DNA from: Planctomycetota bacterium
Lineage (GTDB): Bacteria; Planctomycetota; UBA1135; UBA2386
Reading direction: 5' to 3'
Assembly: GCA_947501605.1 (NCBI GenBank)
Contig: CANMWZ010000005.1
Span: 91,784 to 155,783 of the forward strand
Length of the DNA: 64,000 bases
Shown: positions 18,308-30,435 of the stretch, piece after piece
Numbering within the stretch: the stretch's first letter is position 1
How the letters are laid out: every line of letters starts with the position of its first letter
Position numbers and translations under genes: made by a program
The notes under the pieces: generated by a model
The model's database searches: none
What the model was told of the DNA's origin: nothing
The model's input: the letters and a program-made list of their open reading frames with translations, nothing else

Positions 18308-18575
18308 TGCAATGCGCAGCATCCATAGCGGCGTGGCAGCGCTGATGCCACAGCCGAACCTCGTCGATGCGTGTCTAGAAGTGGTTTCCTAGCCCGCTAG
18401 CGCTTCCCGAAGGCCCCGTCGATCGATGCCGGCGTCGCGAACTCGCCGCCCAATCACCAGGTTGCGCTGCGAGTCCGACTCTCGCCCTCGGCTGCCGTGG
18501 CTTGGCCGCGCGCGCTCGACCTTGGTGCCACGACAGAGTGCCGCGGACCGTCGCGGTTGCGCCGGCCCGCCGCGG

Positions 18576-20885
<2,310 letters not shown>

Positions 20886-20949
20886 GGAGTTCCCGGGTTT
20901 GGCGGGTCAGACGCCGCGATTGTGCCGGCGCGCGGACCCTTTAGATTCG

Positions 20950-21471
20950 TCAGAATGGAGTCTCCAGGGCAAGCACGATCTTCCTGGCAAGATCTTCCAC
21001 CAGTTCGGTGCGTGCGGTGCCAAGGTCCTCGCCCAGCGGCGAGCGGAATTCGGCGCGGTCAATGACGGTGCGGTCGACCAGCTGTTTGCCGGTCCGCCGA
21101 TCGGTCAGGAGGATGCGGACGACGACTTCCTGGGCCCCTTCGCGCACCGGGGCGCTGGTCCGGTCCCCCGACACCAGGGTCCGTTCGCGTTCCGAGGTGA
21201 TGCGCAGCTCCAGGATGGCGTCGGCTGCAGCCGCGGAGCCGGGCAGGAGGTCGGAGGAAACTGACAGCTCGCGGCTCACGGCAGCGCCGAGTTCGACCTC
21301 TAGGCGCTGACGAAAGGTGTCGTTCTCGATCGCGCGCAGATGCACCGTGCGAATGCCGCGCTGGGGCAGGCCGCTGCCGGTGCTGTAGCCGCAACCGGCG
21401 ACGAGTGCGGTGAGCAGCATCGCCGCGACAGTCACGCCGACACGAGGCGCAGGACGGTGGCGTGGCCTCAC
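20950..21471 (-). CDS. lptE: LPS assembly lipoprotein LptE family
   Basis: Lipobox LVAGC-GY, IRTVHL..END, ADAIL and a C-terminal LARKIV helix. GTGA overlap with bamD. Confidence 0.75.
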   Translation of the reverse strand: MRPRHRPAPRVGVTVAAMLLTALVAGCGYSTGSGLPQRGIRTVHLRAIENDTFRQRLEVELGAAVSRELSVSSDLLPGSAAAADAILELRITSERERTLVSGDRTSAPVREGAQEVVVRILLTDRRTGKQLVDRTVIDRAEFRSPLGEDLGTARTELVEDLARKIVLALETPF

Positions 21472-22397
21472 GGTTTGGTGCCTGTTGGCGGGCGCGGTGG
21501 CAGTTGCGCTGCCGGCTTCGGGTCGCCGAGTTCGTGCAACCGTTCGGTGGCGTCATCGGCGGCCCAGGTTCCGGCAAACTCGGAGGCCAGGGCGAGGTGC
21601 AGGTGCTCGACCTCGCCGGGTCGGTTGTCGACGCGTTGGTAGAACGCCGCGATGCTGAGATGGCGTTCTGCCCGCCAGTTGCGCAGGGTCTCCAACGCCA
21701 CCTCGGCCTGGGCGCGGTAGTCGGGGTTCTCCGGGTTGCCTTGCAAGTAAACGTCGAGTTCGCGCGACGCGCTCTCCATTCGGTCGAGGTCGTAGTCAGC
21801 GCCGCGCAACGACAGGTAGATGCTCATCGCGAACTGGAAGCGTGCTAGCGGGGCCCACTCGCTCTCGGGGAAACGGCGCAGCAGTTCGCGGTAGCGCTCC
21901 TCGGCCAGCTGATAGTCGCGCTTCTCCAGTGCGAGCTTGCCGAGCAACTGCATGGCTTCTGGAAACTGTGGGCAGTTGGGGTAGCGCGTCGTGAGGTGCT
22001 CAAGACAGGTGCGAGCGCCGCGCTTGTCGGACCAGAAGAACAGAAACCCACCGTCGCTCAGGGCCAGTTGTTGGCCCGCCTCGAACTGAAGCGCGATGGC
22101 ATCGTTGCGCAGTTCGCTGTGCGGGTGATTGTCGGCGAACTCACGCAGTGCGAGATACGCCTCCCAAGGATCCTTCTGCTGCAGGTGGATGCGCGCTCGG
22201 AGCACCGCGTAACGAGGTTGCCAGGCTTCGAGAAACGAGGTCTCTTCGTACTCGAAGAGCTGGTCCGCGGCGCCGTCGAGGTCAGAGTCCTCGAGTCGCT
22301 GCGCGACCTCCGTCATGATTTGCTCGGCGACGGGCGCTTCGACCGGCGGCGCGCTGGCGCAGGCAGCGAGGCTCAGGACCAGGAGCACGCGGAACAT
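21468..22397 (-). CDS. bamD: Outer membrane protein assembly factor BamD-like TPR lipoprotein
   Basis: Lipobox LAAC, TPR helices (RRFPESEWAPLARFQ), GADYD and AERHLSIAAFY. Start taken at MFRVLL, 22397. Confidence 0.8.
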   Translation of the reverse strand: MFRVLLVLSLAACASAPPVEAPVAEQIMTEVAQRLEDSDLDGAADQLFEYEETSFLEAWQPRYAVLRARIHLQQKDPWEAYLALREFADNHPHSELRNDAIALQFEAGQQLALSDGGFLFFWSDKRGARTCLEHLTTRYPNCPQFPEAMQLLGKLALEKRDYQLAEERYRELLRRFPESEWAPLARFQFAMSIYLSLRGADYDLDRMESASRELDVYLQGNPENPDYRAQAEVALETLRNWRAERHLSIAAFYQRVDNRPGEVEHLHLALASEFAGTWAADDATERLHELGDPKPAAQLPPRPPTGTKP

Positions 22398-22416
22398 CCG
22401 CGCACGGTAGTGGGAG

Positions 22417-23220
22417 TCACGCGCCGGTGTCCACAGCCCGGATGCCGGTCGCTGCTGGCGCGAACACGTGGCGCCGCAGCCGGCAGCGGCGTTCGAGGGC
22501 CTGCGCGAGCCAAGCAGCCGGCAGTGCGGCAGCGCCGGTCGGCACTGGGCCGGGCAGTTCGGGCCAACTGCGGCCCGGCTGATCGCGCAGCACGCGGAGG
22601 AACGAGATCGCCCGCTGACCGACGGCGCGACGGGGTGAGGCGGCATGAGCGCGGCAGCACAACGCACCCTGCACTTCGCCGCGAAAGGCCTGGGTCACCA
22701 GCGCGACTCCGCACTCATTGCAGCAGTCGAAGTCCGGCAGCGCGCCGAGATGCGCCAACAACCGCAGCTCGAGCCCGAGGACGACGGTAGGTAGCGCGGT
22801 TGCCGGGCAGCGTTCGAGGAGCGTGAGGCCGCCCTCGATCAGGTCGAAGAGCTCGGGTTCGCCTCGCCCCGGGACGAGGGCGAAGTCACAGATTTCGACG
22901 AAGTGGCTGGCGGCGAGAAACCGAGCCGGCGCCCGCAGCCCGCGGCGTTCGCGCACAAGGTCGGCGCGGACCAGCGTTCGCAGGCCGTCGCGCGCGCCCG
23001 AAAGCTGCACTTCGAGGTCCGACAGGAAGTCGATCCGACCGAGCAGTGGGGAGGTCTCGCGATGAGCACCCTTGGCCAGCGCGTGCACGACACCGTGGTC
23101 GCGCAGCAACAGAGCTACGATCCGGCTGGTCTCACGGAAATCGAACCGCTTCCAGACCAAGGCACGACCGCGGAAGCCGCGGCCTCTGCCCTCAGGCGTC
23201 GCGCTTGGCGGGCTCGTCAT
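22417..23220 (-). CDS. recO: DNA repair protein RecO
   Basis: RETSRIV..L..DHGVVHALAKGA, ELFDL, LELRLL..LG..P and Zn-finger CNECG...C..H motifs. Confidence 0.88.
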   Translation of the reverse strand: MTSPPSATPEGRGRGFRGRALVWKRFDFRETSRIVALLLRDHGVVHALAKGAHRETSPLLGRIDFLSDLEVQLSGARDGLRTLVRADLVRERRGLRAPARFLAASHFVEICDFALVPGRGEPELFDLIEGGLTLLERCPATALPTVVLGLELRLLAHLGALPDFDCCNECGVALVTQAFRGEVQGALCCRAHAASPRRAVGQRAISFLRVLRDQPGRSWPELPGPVPTGAAALPAAWLAQALERRCRLRRHVFAPAATGIRAVDTGA

Positions 23221-24460
23221 TCGGCACCGTCACCCGCAATCGCTCGATGCGGCGATCGTCGCCGACCAGGACCTTGAACTCGACGCCGTCGATCACCAGG
23301 GACTCGTCGCGAGCCGGGATCCGATTGGCGTGGTGGATCACGAAGCCGGCGACGGTCTCCCAGTCGCCATCATCGGGCAGTTCGAGCTCGAGCAGGCGGT
23401 TGACTTCGTCGACCGAAAGGCGCCCCGGGATCTCGACGATGTGACCCCGCTCGACGATCTGCACGAGCTCGGGTTCGACCTCGCCGTCGGCGTCGTATTC
23501 GTCGTCGATGTCGCCGACGATTTCTTCGAGCACGTCCTCCACGCTGACGAGGCCAGCGGTGGTCCCGTACTCGTCGAGCACGACGGCAAGATGGACCTTG
23601 TCCGCTTGCAGGCGACGCAGCAACTGCGGCACGGGCATCGACTCGGGCACAAACAGCGGTGCGCGGATCATGCTCTGCACCGGCGCGTCACCGGCAGCCT
23701 CGGCCTGCAGCAGCCGGAGGGCGTCCTTGACGAAGAACAGCCCGGTGATCTCGTCGACCTTGTCGAGGTAGACCGGGTAGCGCGAGAAACCCTGCTCGAG
23801 GGCCAGTTGGACGGCCGCGCGCAACGGCGTATCTGCTTGGATCGCCACGATGTCAGGACGCGGAGTCATGATCGTCGATACCTGCAGGTCCTTGAGGCCG
23901 ACGATGTTGCCGATCCAAGCCTTCTCCTCGTCTGCGAGGGCATCCTCGTGTACCGAGTCGGACACGGCAGCCATCACTTCTTCGGCGATCTCTTCGGGGT
24001 CGTTGCTCGGCTCATTACGAATGCGCAGCAAGCGCATGAAGCCGCTGGTCATCGCCAGCACCGGCAGGACCAAAGGCCATCGCAAAACGAGGTGGCCGCC
24101 GCGGAGCACCGGCAAGATCCGCAGCAGGGTTGCCTCCGCTTGCGCATCGGCGACAGCCGACGGCAGTGAGCCGCACATCAGCAGGGCGAGCACGACCATC
24201 GCGCCCAGCGCCCAACCTTCGCTCTGGGCATCGACGCCTGTCTGCAACGACAGCAAGGCACCAACCAAGCCGCCGACCAAGTAGAAGCGGGCCACGACGC
24301 GGTACTCGCGTTCGCGGGCTTCGAGTTGGTCGACGAGCGCTTCGCCGGCTTCCCCAGGCTGGCGGGTCCTCAGCTTGGTGGGCGAGTACACCGCAAGGCT
24401 GCTGGAGCCCAGTGCGCCCAGAGTCGAGATGCAGAGGCAGCCCAGAGTCAGCGCCAGCAT
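23192..24460 (-). CDS. Hemolysin/CorC-HlyC family CNNM membrane protein with a CBS pair
   Basis: N-terminal TMs, IMTPRPDI, GFSRYPVY, FVPES, LAVVLDEYG, EDVLEEIVGDIDDEYD and a CorC_HlyC tail. Start taken at MLALTLG. Confidence 0.9.
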   Translation of the reverse strand: MLALTLGCLCISTLGALGSSSLAVYSPTKLRTRQPGEAGEALVDQLEAREREYRVVARFYLVGGLVGALLSLQTGVDAQSEGWALGAMVVLALLMCGSLPSAVADAQAEATLLRILPVLRGGHLVLRWPLVLPVLAMTSGFMRLLRIRNEPSNDPEEIAEEVMAAVSDSVHEDALADEEKAWIGNIVGLKDLQVSTIMTPRPDIVAIQADTPLRAAVQLALEQGFSRYPVYLDKVDEITGLFFVKDALRLLQAEAAGDAPVQSMIRAPLFVPESMPVPQLLRRLQADKVHLAVVLDEYGTTAGLVSVEDVLEEIVGDIDDEYDADGEVEPELVQIVERGHIVEIPGRLSVDEVNRLLELELPDDGDWETVAGFVIHHANRIPARDESLVIDGVEFKVLVGDDRRIERLRVTVPNDEPAKRDA

Positions 24461-24818
24461 GGCTGGCGAGACGGTTGCTTGCAGGGCCGCCGTGGGCAAC
24501 TCGCCGCCGAGGCCGCCAGGAAGCACCGATGCGGAAGCGGCAGTCAGGAGGGCTTTCCGATGTGGCGCGGGCCCGACCGGACGGCCGGACCCGGAAGGAC
24601 CGTCGGGTTCTGGACTCGGGCCATCGCCAGCGTCGTCGTCGGCGATGGGGCCGCGGAGAGTCGTGAGGTTATGCAAGGCGGGGGGAGCATAGGTTGGTGC
24701 CGCCTGTGGCTCCAGGGGCTGGGTGGGCCGGCCGCGGGCAGGGCGCGGTGTGGCGTCGATGGCGTGTCGATTTCGGTTCGCCCCACCGGCCAGGGTCGCC
24801 CTCAGCCCAAGACCTGGA

Positions 24819-26675
24819 TCACGCGTCGTCGTCATCGACCGAGAATCGATTGCGGCCCTGCGCCTTCGAGGCGTAGAGCGCCCGGTCGGCGCGCGCCAGA
24901 ATGCCCTCTGCGGTGTCGCTGGCGCCGAGCGATGCCTGGCCGATCGAGACCGTGATCGGCAGGTTGACGCTGTGGCCGCGGGCCTCGATCTCGACGAACA
25001 AGCGCGCCGCCAGCAGCGAGGCCTCCTCGGCAGAGGTCTCGGTCAGTAGCACCAAGAACTCTTCGCCGCCGTAGCGGCTGATCGTGTCGGCACGGCGGAG
25101 GGTGTGACGCAGGACGCCGGCGGTCGCCCGCAGGGCGACGTCACCCTGCACGTGCCCGTAGGTGTCGTTCAGCTTCTTGAACTGATCGAGGTCGATCATC
25201 AGCACTGTCAGGTCGGTGTCGCTGCGCCGCGCGCGCGCGATGGCCTGATCGAGCGTTGCGATGCCCATGCGGCGGTTCCACAGGCGCGTGAGTGGGTCGA
25301 CCAACGCCGACTGCGCTGAGCGGCGCGCGCGGCGGTCGAGCAGGAGGTTCTCGACGCGCATGCCGGTCGTCACCGCGAGCATCGTCAGCAGCTCGCTCGA
25401 ACGTTCGGCCTGCACCGAGCGTCCGGAGATCGTGCGGTCGACGAGGAGGAACGACGGGGTGTGGAACTTGCGGTTGATCGGGACGACCAGCGCCTCGTTC
25501 GCGCCGATCCCGGCGAGCAGGCCGTCGCGTTCGCCGGCGGCCGCCAGCAGGACCGGTCGGCAGGCATGCAGCGCATCATGCAGCGCCGATTGGTCGGCCG
25601 GCGTGAGGCGAATGCTGTGGCGCAGCAGCGGAGCATCCCCGGAGGCTCCCGGCTGCTGGATCACCAAGGCGCCGGTTTTTCGAATCCAGTGCCCGACCAT
25701 CGCGCGGTCGTAGTCGAGCACTGTAGTGGCGGTTTCGGCGCTGGCCGCGAGCGCGGCGCGGTAATCAGGGATCGGCCGGTCGCCGCCGAGCACGCGCAGG
25801 GCTAGGCGCGCGGCGTCGATGCAGGCTAGTTCGCCTTGGGCTTCGGCCGCTGTCGCGAAGTCGATCCCCGAATCGGCCGACGAGTCGGGTTCACGGCCCA
25901 CGCCGTCGAGGTCGATTCCGATCGCGCGCAGATCGGCCGCAACGCTGTCGCGCAGCACCGAGCCGATCGCCGCCGCGCTGCGTTGCGCGAGTTGTTGCAC
26001 GGCGTGGTCGGGTTCGGAAAGGCGCCCTGGGTGGGTGAAGCCTGCGAGTTCGGCCAGCAACTGCGCGGCCAGCAGGATCTGCGTCACTTCCGTCAGCTTC
26101 GCACCGGGCCCATCCTCAATGGCCGCGGCGGCCGCCGCGAGTCGATTGGCGACCGAATCCGGCAAACCCAGTCGGCGCCGGCGTTCGTCCGCGTCGGCCA
26201 AGGCGACCGAGTCGGTCGCCTTTGCCTGTGGTGCGCGCTGCGTGGCGAGCGCGAACCACAGCGGCAAGTCATGCAGCAGGCCGAGCAGGTGTGCTTCCTC
26301 TGGTGGCAGCGAGCCCGTTCCGTGCGCGAGCAGTTCGGCCGCCTTCGCGGTTGCCACGGCGTGGAGCCAGAGTTGGTGCAGCGGACCCGCGTCGACGACG
26401 ACGCACGGGGGCGCCGATGCGACCCGCAGCGCCAGTCGTTCGCCGATGGCTGCGACGATCGTCGCTACCGACCAGGTGTCATCGCTGCGGCCGTAGAGCG
26501 GGGCCGCCGCAAGACACAGTGCCCGCACGGTGGCCAGTGGATCGACCCGGAGCAAGGTGGCGGCCGTCGGGCTCGGGTGCGCTTCACGCAAGTGCCCGCG
26601 ACGCAGGTCGCGCATCGCCAAGATGGACGGCAGGCCCGCGAACGGGTCCGTCGTGCTGGAAAGCAGGGCTGTCAC
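24819..26675 (-). CDS. HDOD-domain diguanylate cyclase
   Basis: HDOD motifs (DPLATVRAL..A, LWLHAVATA, GLLHD). GGDEF domain with DPLTRLWNRR, IDLDQFK..NDTYGH..GD, RRAD I-site, RYGGEEF and ADRALY..K..GRN. Start uncertain (GTG 26675). Confidence 0.88.
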   Translation of the reverse strand: MTALLSSTTDPFAGLPSILAMRDLRRGHLREAHPSPTAATLLRVDPLATVRALCLAAAPLYGRSDDTWSVATIVAAIGERLALRVASAPPCVVVDAGPLHQLWLHAVATAKAAELLAHGTGSLPPEEAHLLGLLHDLPLWFALATQRAPQAKATDSVALADADERRRRLGLPDSVANRLAAAAAAIEDGPGAKLTEVTQILLAAQLLAELAGFTHPGRLSEPDHAVQQLAQRSAAAIGSVLRDSVAADLRAIGIDLDGVGREPDSSADSGIDFATAAEAQGELACIDAARLALRVLGGDRPIPDYRAALAASAETATTVLDYDRAMVGHWIRKTGALVIQQPGASGDAPLLRHSIRLTPADQSALHDALHACRPVLLAAAGERDGLLAGIGANEALVVPINRKFHTPSFLLVDRTISGRSVQAERSSELLTMLAVTTGMRVENLLLDRRARRSAQSALVDPLTRLWNRRMGIATLDQAIARARRSDTDLTVLMIDLDQFKKLNDTYGHVQGDVALRATAGVLRHTLRRADTISRYGGEEFLVLLTETSAEEASLLAARLFVEIEARGHSVNLPITVSIGQASLGASDTAEGILARADRALYASKAQGRNRFSVDDDDA

Positions 26676-26890
26676 AGGTCGCTCTCGGTCCTGTTCGGCT
26701 CCGCACGGCGGTGCGCTCAAGTCGATATGACGACGGCCGCGGCAGGCCGCGCCGCGATCGGACCGCAGCTTCCGTCGCATTCTCTAGAGCACCGATAAGA
26801 GGCGACGAAGTAACGGTTTGAGGCAGTCCTGTGTGGGGTTTCTGGGCACTCCCCGTGGCTTTGGCCCAGGCTTCGCTTGGAGCGGGCGCC

Positions 26891-27664
26891 ATGACCCCCG
26901 CCGCGATGCTCCGCGTTCCCGAATCCGCCGTAGCTGGACCGGTATCCCGAGCCGAGACGTTGCTCGTTGTGCGAGGTCGCACGATGGCAGAGATTCCCGG
27001 CTCGGCTGCGCCCCTGTGCCGTGAGTCGGCGCTGGCGACGTTGCTGATGGACGAGTTCCGTTGCACTCGCGACCGCGATGTGTTCGAGGCCTTGGTCGCG
27101 CTGGTCGCGCCCCAGCTGTTCGCTCGGGTTCGTCGCAAGCTGCGGACGCTCGACGCCGGCTTTGACCCACACGAGTTGCTGCAGGACGCGATCATCAACA
27201 TCTACCGCTATCCCGACCGCTTCGAGGCATCGCGCCCCGGCGCGTTTGCGGCGTGGTCGACCACGATCGTGGATAACGCGATCCGTCGCCAACTGCGCCA
27301 GCGCCGGTCGGGGGTGCCGCTGTGCCTGAGTCCGACCGAAGTGCTGACTCAGCACGCGTGCGATGGTTCGCTCGCACCCGACCAGCAGGCGCAGGATCAC
27401 GAGGAATGCCAGCAGACAGGTGCCGCCTTCGGGCTCCTGCTGCAGATCTACCTGCAGGCCTTCGCGCACCTCAGCGACCGCGAGCGCTACGTGCTCGAGC
27501 AGGTTGAAGTGCACCAGTTGCGCTACGCCGAGGTCGCGGCGCAACTCGGCGTCCGCCATGAGGCCGTCAAGATGGTGGTGTTCCGCGCCAGGAAGCGCGT
27601 GCACGACCGCATCGGCGCCTGGCTCGGTGCGGCGCTCGGCCACGCGGTCGAAGCTGCCGCCTGA
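26891..27664 (+). CDS. ECF (sigma-70 family) RNA polymerase sigma factor
   Basis: Region 2 (FEALV..., ELLQDAIINIY, FAAWSTTIVDNAIRRQLR) and region 4 (LSDRERYVL, YAEVAAQLG..EAVKMVVFRARKRV). Start uncertain. Confidence 0.88.
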   Translation: MTPAAMLRVPESAVAGPVSRAETLLVVRGRTMAEIPGSAAPLCRESALATLLMDEFRCTRDRDVFEALVALVAPQLFARVRRKLRTLDAGFDPHELLQDAIINIYRYPDRFEASRPGAFAAWSTTIVDNAIRRQLRQRRSGVPLCLSPTEVLTQHACDGSLAPDQQAQDHEECQQTGAAFGLLLQIYLQAFAHLSDRERYVLEQVEVHQLRYAEVAAQLGVRHEAVKMVVFRARKRVHDRIGAWLGAALGHAVEAAA

Positions 27665-27728
27665 ACCGCTACCGAGGGTCGCTCTGCGCTTGCACAAGCG
27701 CAGCCGATCCCGTCCGCTGGCCGAGATC

Positions 27729-29051
27729 ATGGCCACGCCGGTCGATCGTCTCTTCGTTCATTGCAAGCAGCTCGTCACCCTGACCGACGGGCCGTTCAGC
27801 GGCCCGCGCCGTGGCGCGGCGATGCAAGCACTCGGTGTGATCGACGACGGTGCCGTGGCCGTGCGTGACGGCTGCATCGTTGCGGTTGGTCCCACTGAGG
27901 CGATCGCGCGCGAGTACGCCGCCGCCGACGAACTCGACCTGACGGGTTTCGTGGTCACGCCAGGATTCGTCGATTGCCACACGCATCCGGTCTTCGCTCG
28001 CACCCGCGAGCGCGAGTTCCACATGCGCTGCGCTGGGGCGGACTACATGGCGATTGCGCAACAGGGCGGTGGCATTCTCAGCTCGATGCGCGCCGTGCGC
28101 GAAACGGGCCTCGACGTCCTGACCGAGCTCACGACCGAACATCTGTGGGGTTTCCTGCAGCACGGCACCACGACTGTGGAAGCCAAGACCGGCTACGGGC
28201 TGTCGCTCCACGACGAAGAGAAGAGCCTGCGTGCACTCGGTGCGGCGATGGCGCAGGTGCCGTTGCGCTGCAAGCGCACGTTTCTCGGCGCCCACGAGTT
28301 CCCGCCGGAGTATCGCGACAATCGCGAGGCCTACGTCGAGATCGTCTGCAAGGAGATGATCCCGCGCTTGGCCAAACTCGCGGACTACTGCGACGTCTTC
28401 GCCGAGCCGGGGGTATTCGATCGCGTCCAGTCGTTGCGCGTCCTGTCGGCGGCCCGCGCCGAGGGTCTGCGACTGCGGTTGCACGCCGACGAACTGCAGC
28501 CGATGGGTGGGGCAGAGTTGGCCGTTGAGCTGCGCGCCGACTCGGCCGATCACCTGGGCAAGATCTCGGAGCAAGGAATTGCCGCGATGGCGGCGAGCAC
28601 GACGACGGCGGTGCTCCTGCCCGGTACTGGTTTTTTCCTCGGCAAGGACATCTACGCCCCGGCCCGGCGCATGATCGAAGCGGGCTGCATCGTCGCCATT
28701 GCGACTGACTTCAACCCTGGTTCGTGCCACACGCAGTCGATGACTCTGATCCACACCCTGGCGTGTGTGAAGCTCAAGATGACGCCGGCCGAAGTGCTCA
28801 CTGCCTCGACGATCAATGCGGCATTCTCGCTGCAACTCGATCGCGAAGTCGGCACGTTGCACCCGGGCAAGCGCGCCGACCTCGCCGTGCTCGAGCTTCC
28901 GAGCTATGAGGCAGTCGGCTACGCGTTCGGCGGCAACCCGGTGGTGATGACGATCGCCGACGGCGAACCTGTCTGCGTCAACACCAGCGATCGCTCGCCC
29001 GACCCGTTCACGGGCTCGACTCGATCCCGCGCGCCGCGAACCGACGACTGA
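27729..29051 (+). CDS. hutI: Imidazolonepropionase
   Basis: PGFVDCHTHPVF, GGGILSS, GTTTVEAKTGYGL, TFLGAH, CDVFAE, HADEL, SADHL and ATDFNPGS motifs. Confidence 0.95.
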   Translation: MATPVDRLFVHCKQLVTLTDGPFSGPRRGAAMQALGVIDDGAVAVRDGCIVAVGPTEAIAREYAAADELDLTGFVVTPGFVDCHTHPVFARTREREFHMRCAGADYMAIAQQGGGILSSMRAVRETGLDVLTELTTEHLWGFLQHGTTTVEAKTGYGLSLHDEEKSLRALGAAMAQVPLRCKRTFLGAHEFPPEYRDNREAYVEIVCKEMIPRLAKLADYCDVFAEPGVFDRVQSLRVLSAARAEGLRLRLHADELQPMGGAELAVELRADSADHLGKISEQGIAAMAASTTTAVLLPGTGFFLGKDIYAPARRMIEAGCIVAIATDFNPGSCHTQSMTLIHTLACVKLKMTPAEVLTASTINAAFSLQLDREVGTLHPGKRADLAVLELPSYEAVGYAFGGNPVVMTIADGEPVCVNTSDRSPDPFTGSTRSRAPRTDD

Positions 29052-29052
29052 G

Positions 29053-29553
29053 TCAACTGCGATCGCGGTGCAGCACAAACGCGCCGCGGTCACCGCCGAG
29101 GGCCTCCTCTGCGCGCGCGCCCTCGCTGTCGGCATCAAACGGCGGGATCGACCACTCGCCGCGGAGCACGCAACCGCTGTCGTCGAGTTCCCCGTCATAG
29201 AAAACGCGGTGGCCTTCGAGTTCGGCTGACACCGACGCGTCCCCGAGCAGCAGGGTGAACGAATGGGTGCCGCTGTAGCGCTTGCAGAACGACACTCTGC
29301 GGCCGTCGACGTCGCCTTCGAGCGTCGATTCGGGTGGCAACACGGTCAATACCTCGACTGGCCGCGGCGGCGGTGCGTCGAGACCTTCTTGGTCAGTGGC
29401 CAGCTCGTCTTCCGAGATCCACATCGTCTCTTCGTCGTGCATGGCGCCCATCAGTGAGTGCCCTTTGTGGACGACACGCATCGAGATCGCATGCTCCTTG
29501 CCGTTCTGCACGTAGTGGCCTTTCCAGGCGCCGGACAGGTCGAACGTGGTCAC
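29053..29553 (-). CDS. Hypothetical protein (beta-strand-rich)
   Basis: Fills the gap between hutI and the pseudouridine synthase gene. LSGAWKGHY, VSFCKRY, VFYDG, LRGEW and GAF pattern. Start is GTG 29553 or ATG 29565. Confidence 0.7.
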   Translation of the reverse strand: MTTFDLSGAWKGHYVQNGKEHAISMRVVHKGHSLMGAMHDEETMWISEDELATDQEGLDAPPPRPVEVLTVLPPESTLEGDVDGRRVSFCKRYSGTHSFTLLLGDASVSAELEGHRVFYDGELDDSGCVLRGEWSIPPFDADSEGARAEEALGGDRGAFVLHRDRS

Positions 29554-29584
29554 ACAGCAGAGCATCCATCGACCGTCGATGGGG

Positions 29585-30352
29585 TCAAGGACCCGCGGCG
29601 CGAGCCATTGCCCCGGCGACTGCGGCTCGCAGCAACGGCTCTTCGACGGCGGTGAGCGCACGCGCGGCGCCAACAGCCAGATCGCCGAGTCCAAGTGGGC
29701 CGACGAAACTGCGGTGCAGTGCCAGTACGCCGGAGCCTATGGCGCGCACCATCTTGCGCACTTGGCGGTTGCGTCCCTCGTGGATGGCGATGCGGATCGA
29801 GCACTCGTAGGCCCCGCGCTCGACCAGTTCGACCTGCGCCGGCAAGGTCGGCCCGGCACCATCGCCGATGTCGAGGCCGAGCCGCATGCGTTCGAGTTGT
29901 TCGTCCTGCAGTTGGCCGGAGCAGCGGACTTCGTAGGTCTTCGGCAGTTTGCTCGCGGGCGCGAGGATGCCCCGTGCCAGTTCGCCGTCGTTGGTGAACA
30001 ACAGCAGCCCAGTGGTCTCGAGGTCGAGGCGTCCGATCGGCGCCAACCAGTCGAGGTCTGGCGGCAACAAGTCGCAGACGGTGGGCCGGGCGCGGTGGTC
30101 GACGCGCGCGGTCACCACCCCGGTCGGTTTGTGCAGCATCCACACCGCGCGCGGACGCGAGCGCAAGAGCTCGCCATCCACTCGCACTACAGCGCAACCG
30201 ACGTCGATCCACGTGTCTGGCTCGCGAACGATGGCGCCGTTCACTTCGACGCGCCCCGCTGCCACTGCCGCGCGTGCCTGCGTGCGCGAGCACAAACCGG
30301 CGGCAACCAGCACGCGGTCGATCGACTTGTCGGAGCTCTGAGGCCCTGCCAT
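29585..30352 (-). CDS. rRNA pseudouridine synthase (RsuA/RluB/E/F family)
   Basis: S4 domain (GLCSR, GRVEVNG), HKPTG, GRLDLETTGLLLFTNDG and EGRNRQVRKM motifs. Confidence 0.93.
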   Translation of the reverse strand: MAGPQSSDKSIDRVLVAAGLCSRTQARAAVAAGRVEVNGAIVREPDTWIDVGCAVVRVDGELLRSRPRAVWMLHKPTGVVTARVDHRARPTVCDLLPPDLDWLAPIGRLDLETTGLLLFTNDGELARGILAPASKLPKTYEVRCSGQLQDEQLERMRLGLDIGDGAGPTLPAQVELVERGAYECSIRIAIHEGRNRQVRKMVRAIGSGVLALHRSFVGPLGLGDLAVGAARALTAVEEPLLRAAVAGAMARAAGP

Positions 30353-30397
30353 GGCGAGAACGTTGGCCGCTGTCGCCCGGTGGCGCAACCACGCGCG

Positions 30398-30426
30398 TTG
30401 ACTTCGCCGCCGCGCGTTAGCAGCAT
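30398..30426 (+). promoter_or_regulatory. Putative sigma70 promoter of ftcD
   Basis: TTGACT, 17 nt, CAGCAT, ending 9 nt before the ftcD ATG. Confidence 0.45.
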
Positions 30427-30435
30427 GGCTCGACC

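Noticed and set aside
18323..18575. Possible c-di-AMP (ydaO) riboswitch upstream of cdaA
   Set aside because: I could not find the conserved ydaO segments (GCTGAATCC, GGAGGAAC, CCGTCAGCTAAC-like) on the minus strand.
24461..24835. 125-aa Pro-rich N-terminal extension of the CorC-like ORF
   Set aside because: It is low-complexity and overlaps the GGDEF gene end. Family-like sequence begins at about MLALTLG, so this is probably an open GC-rich spacer.
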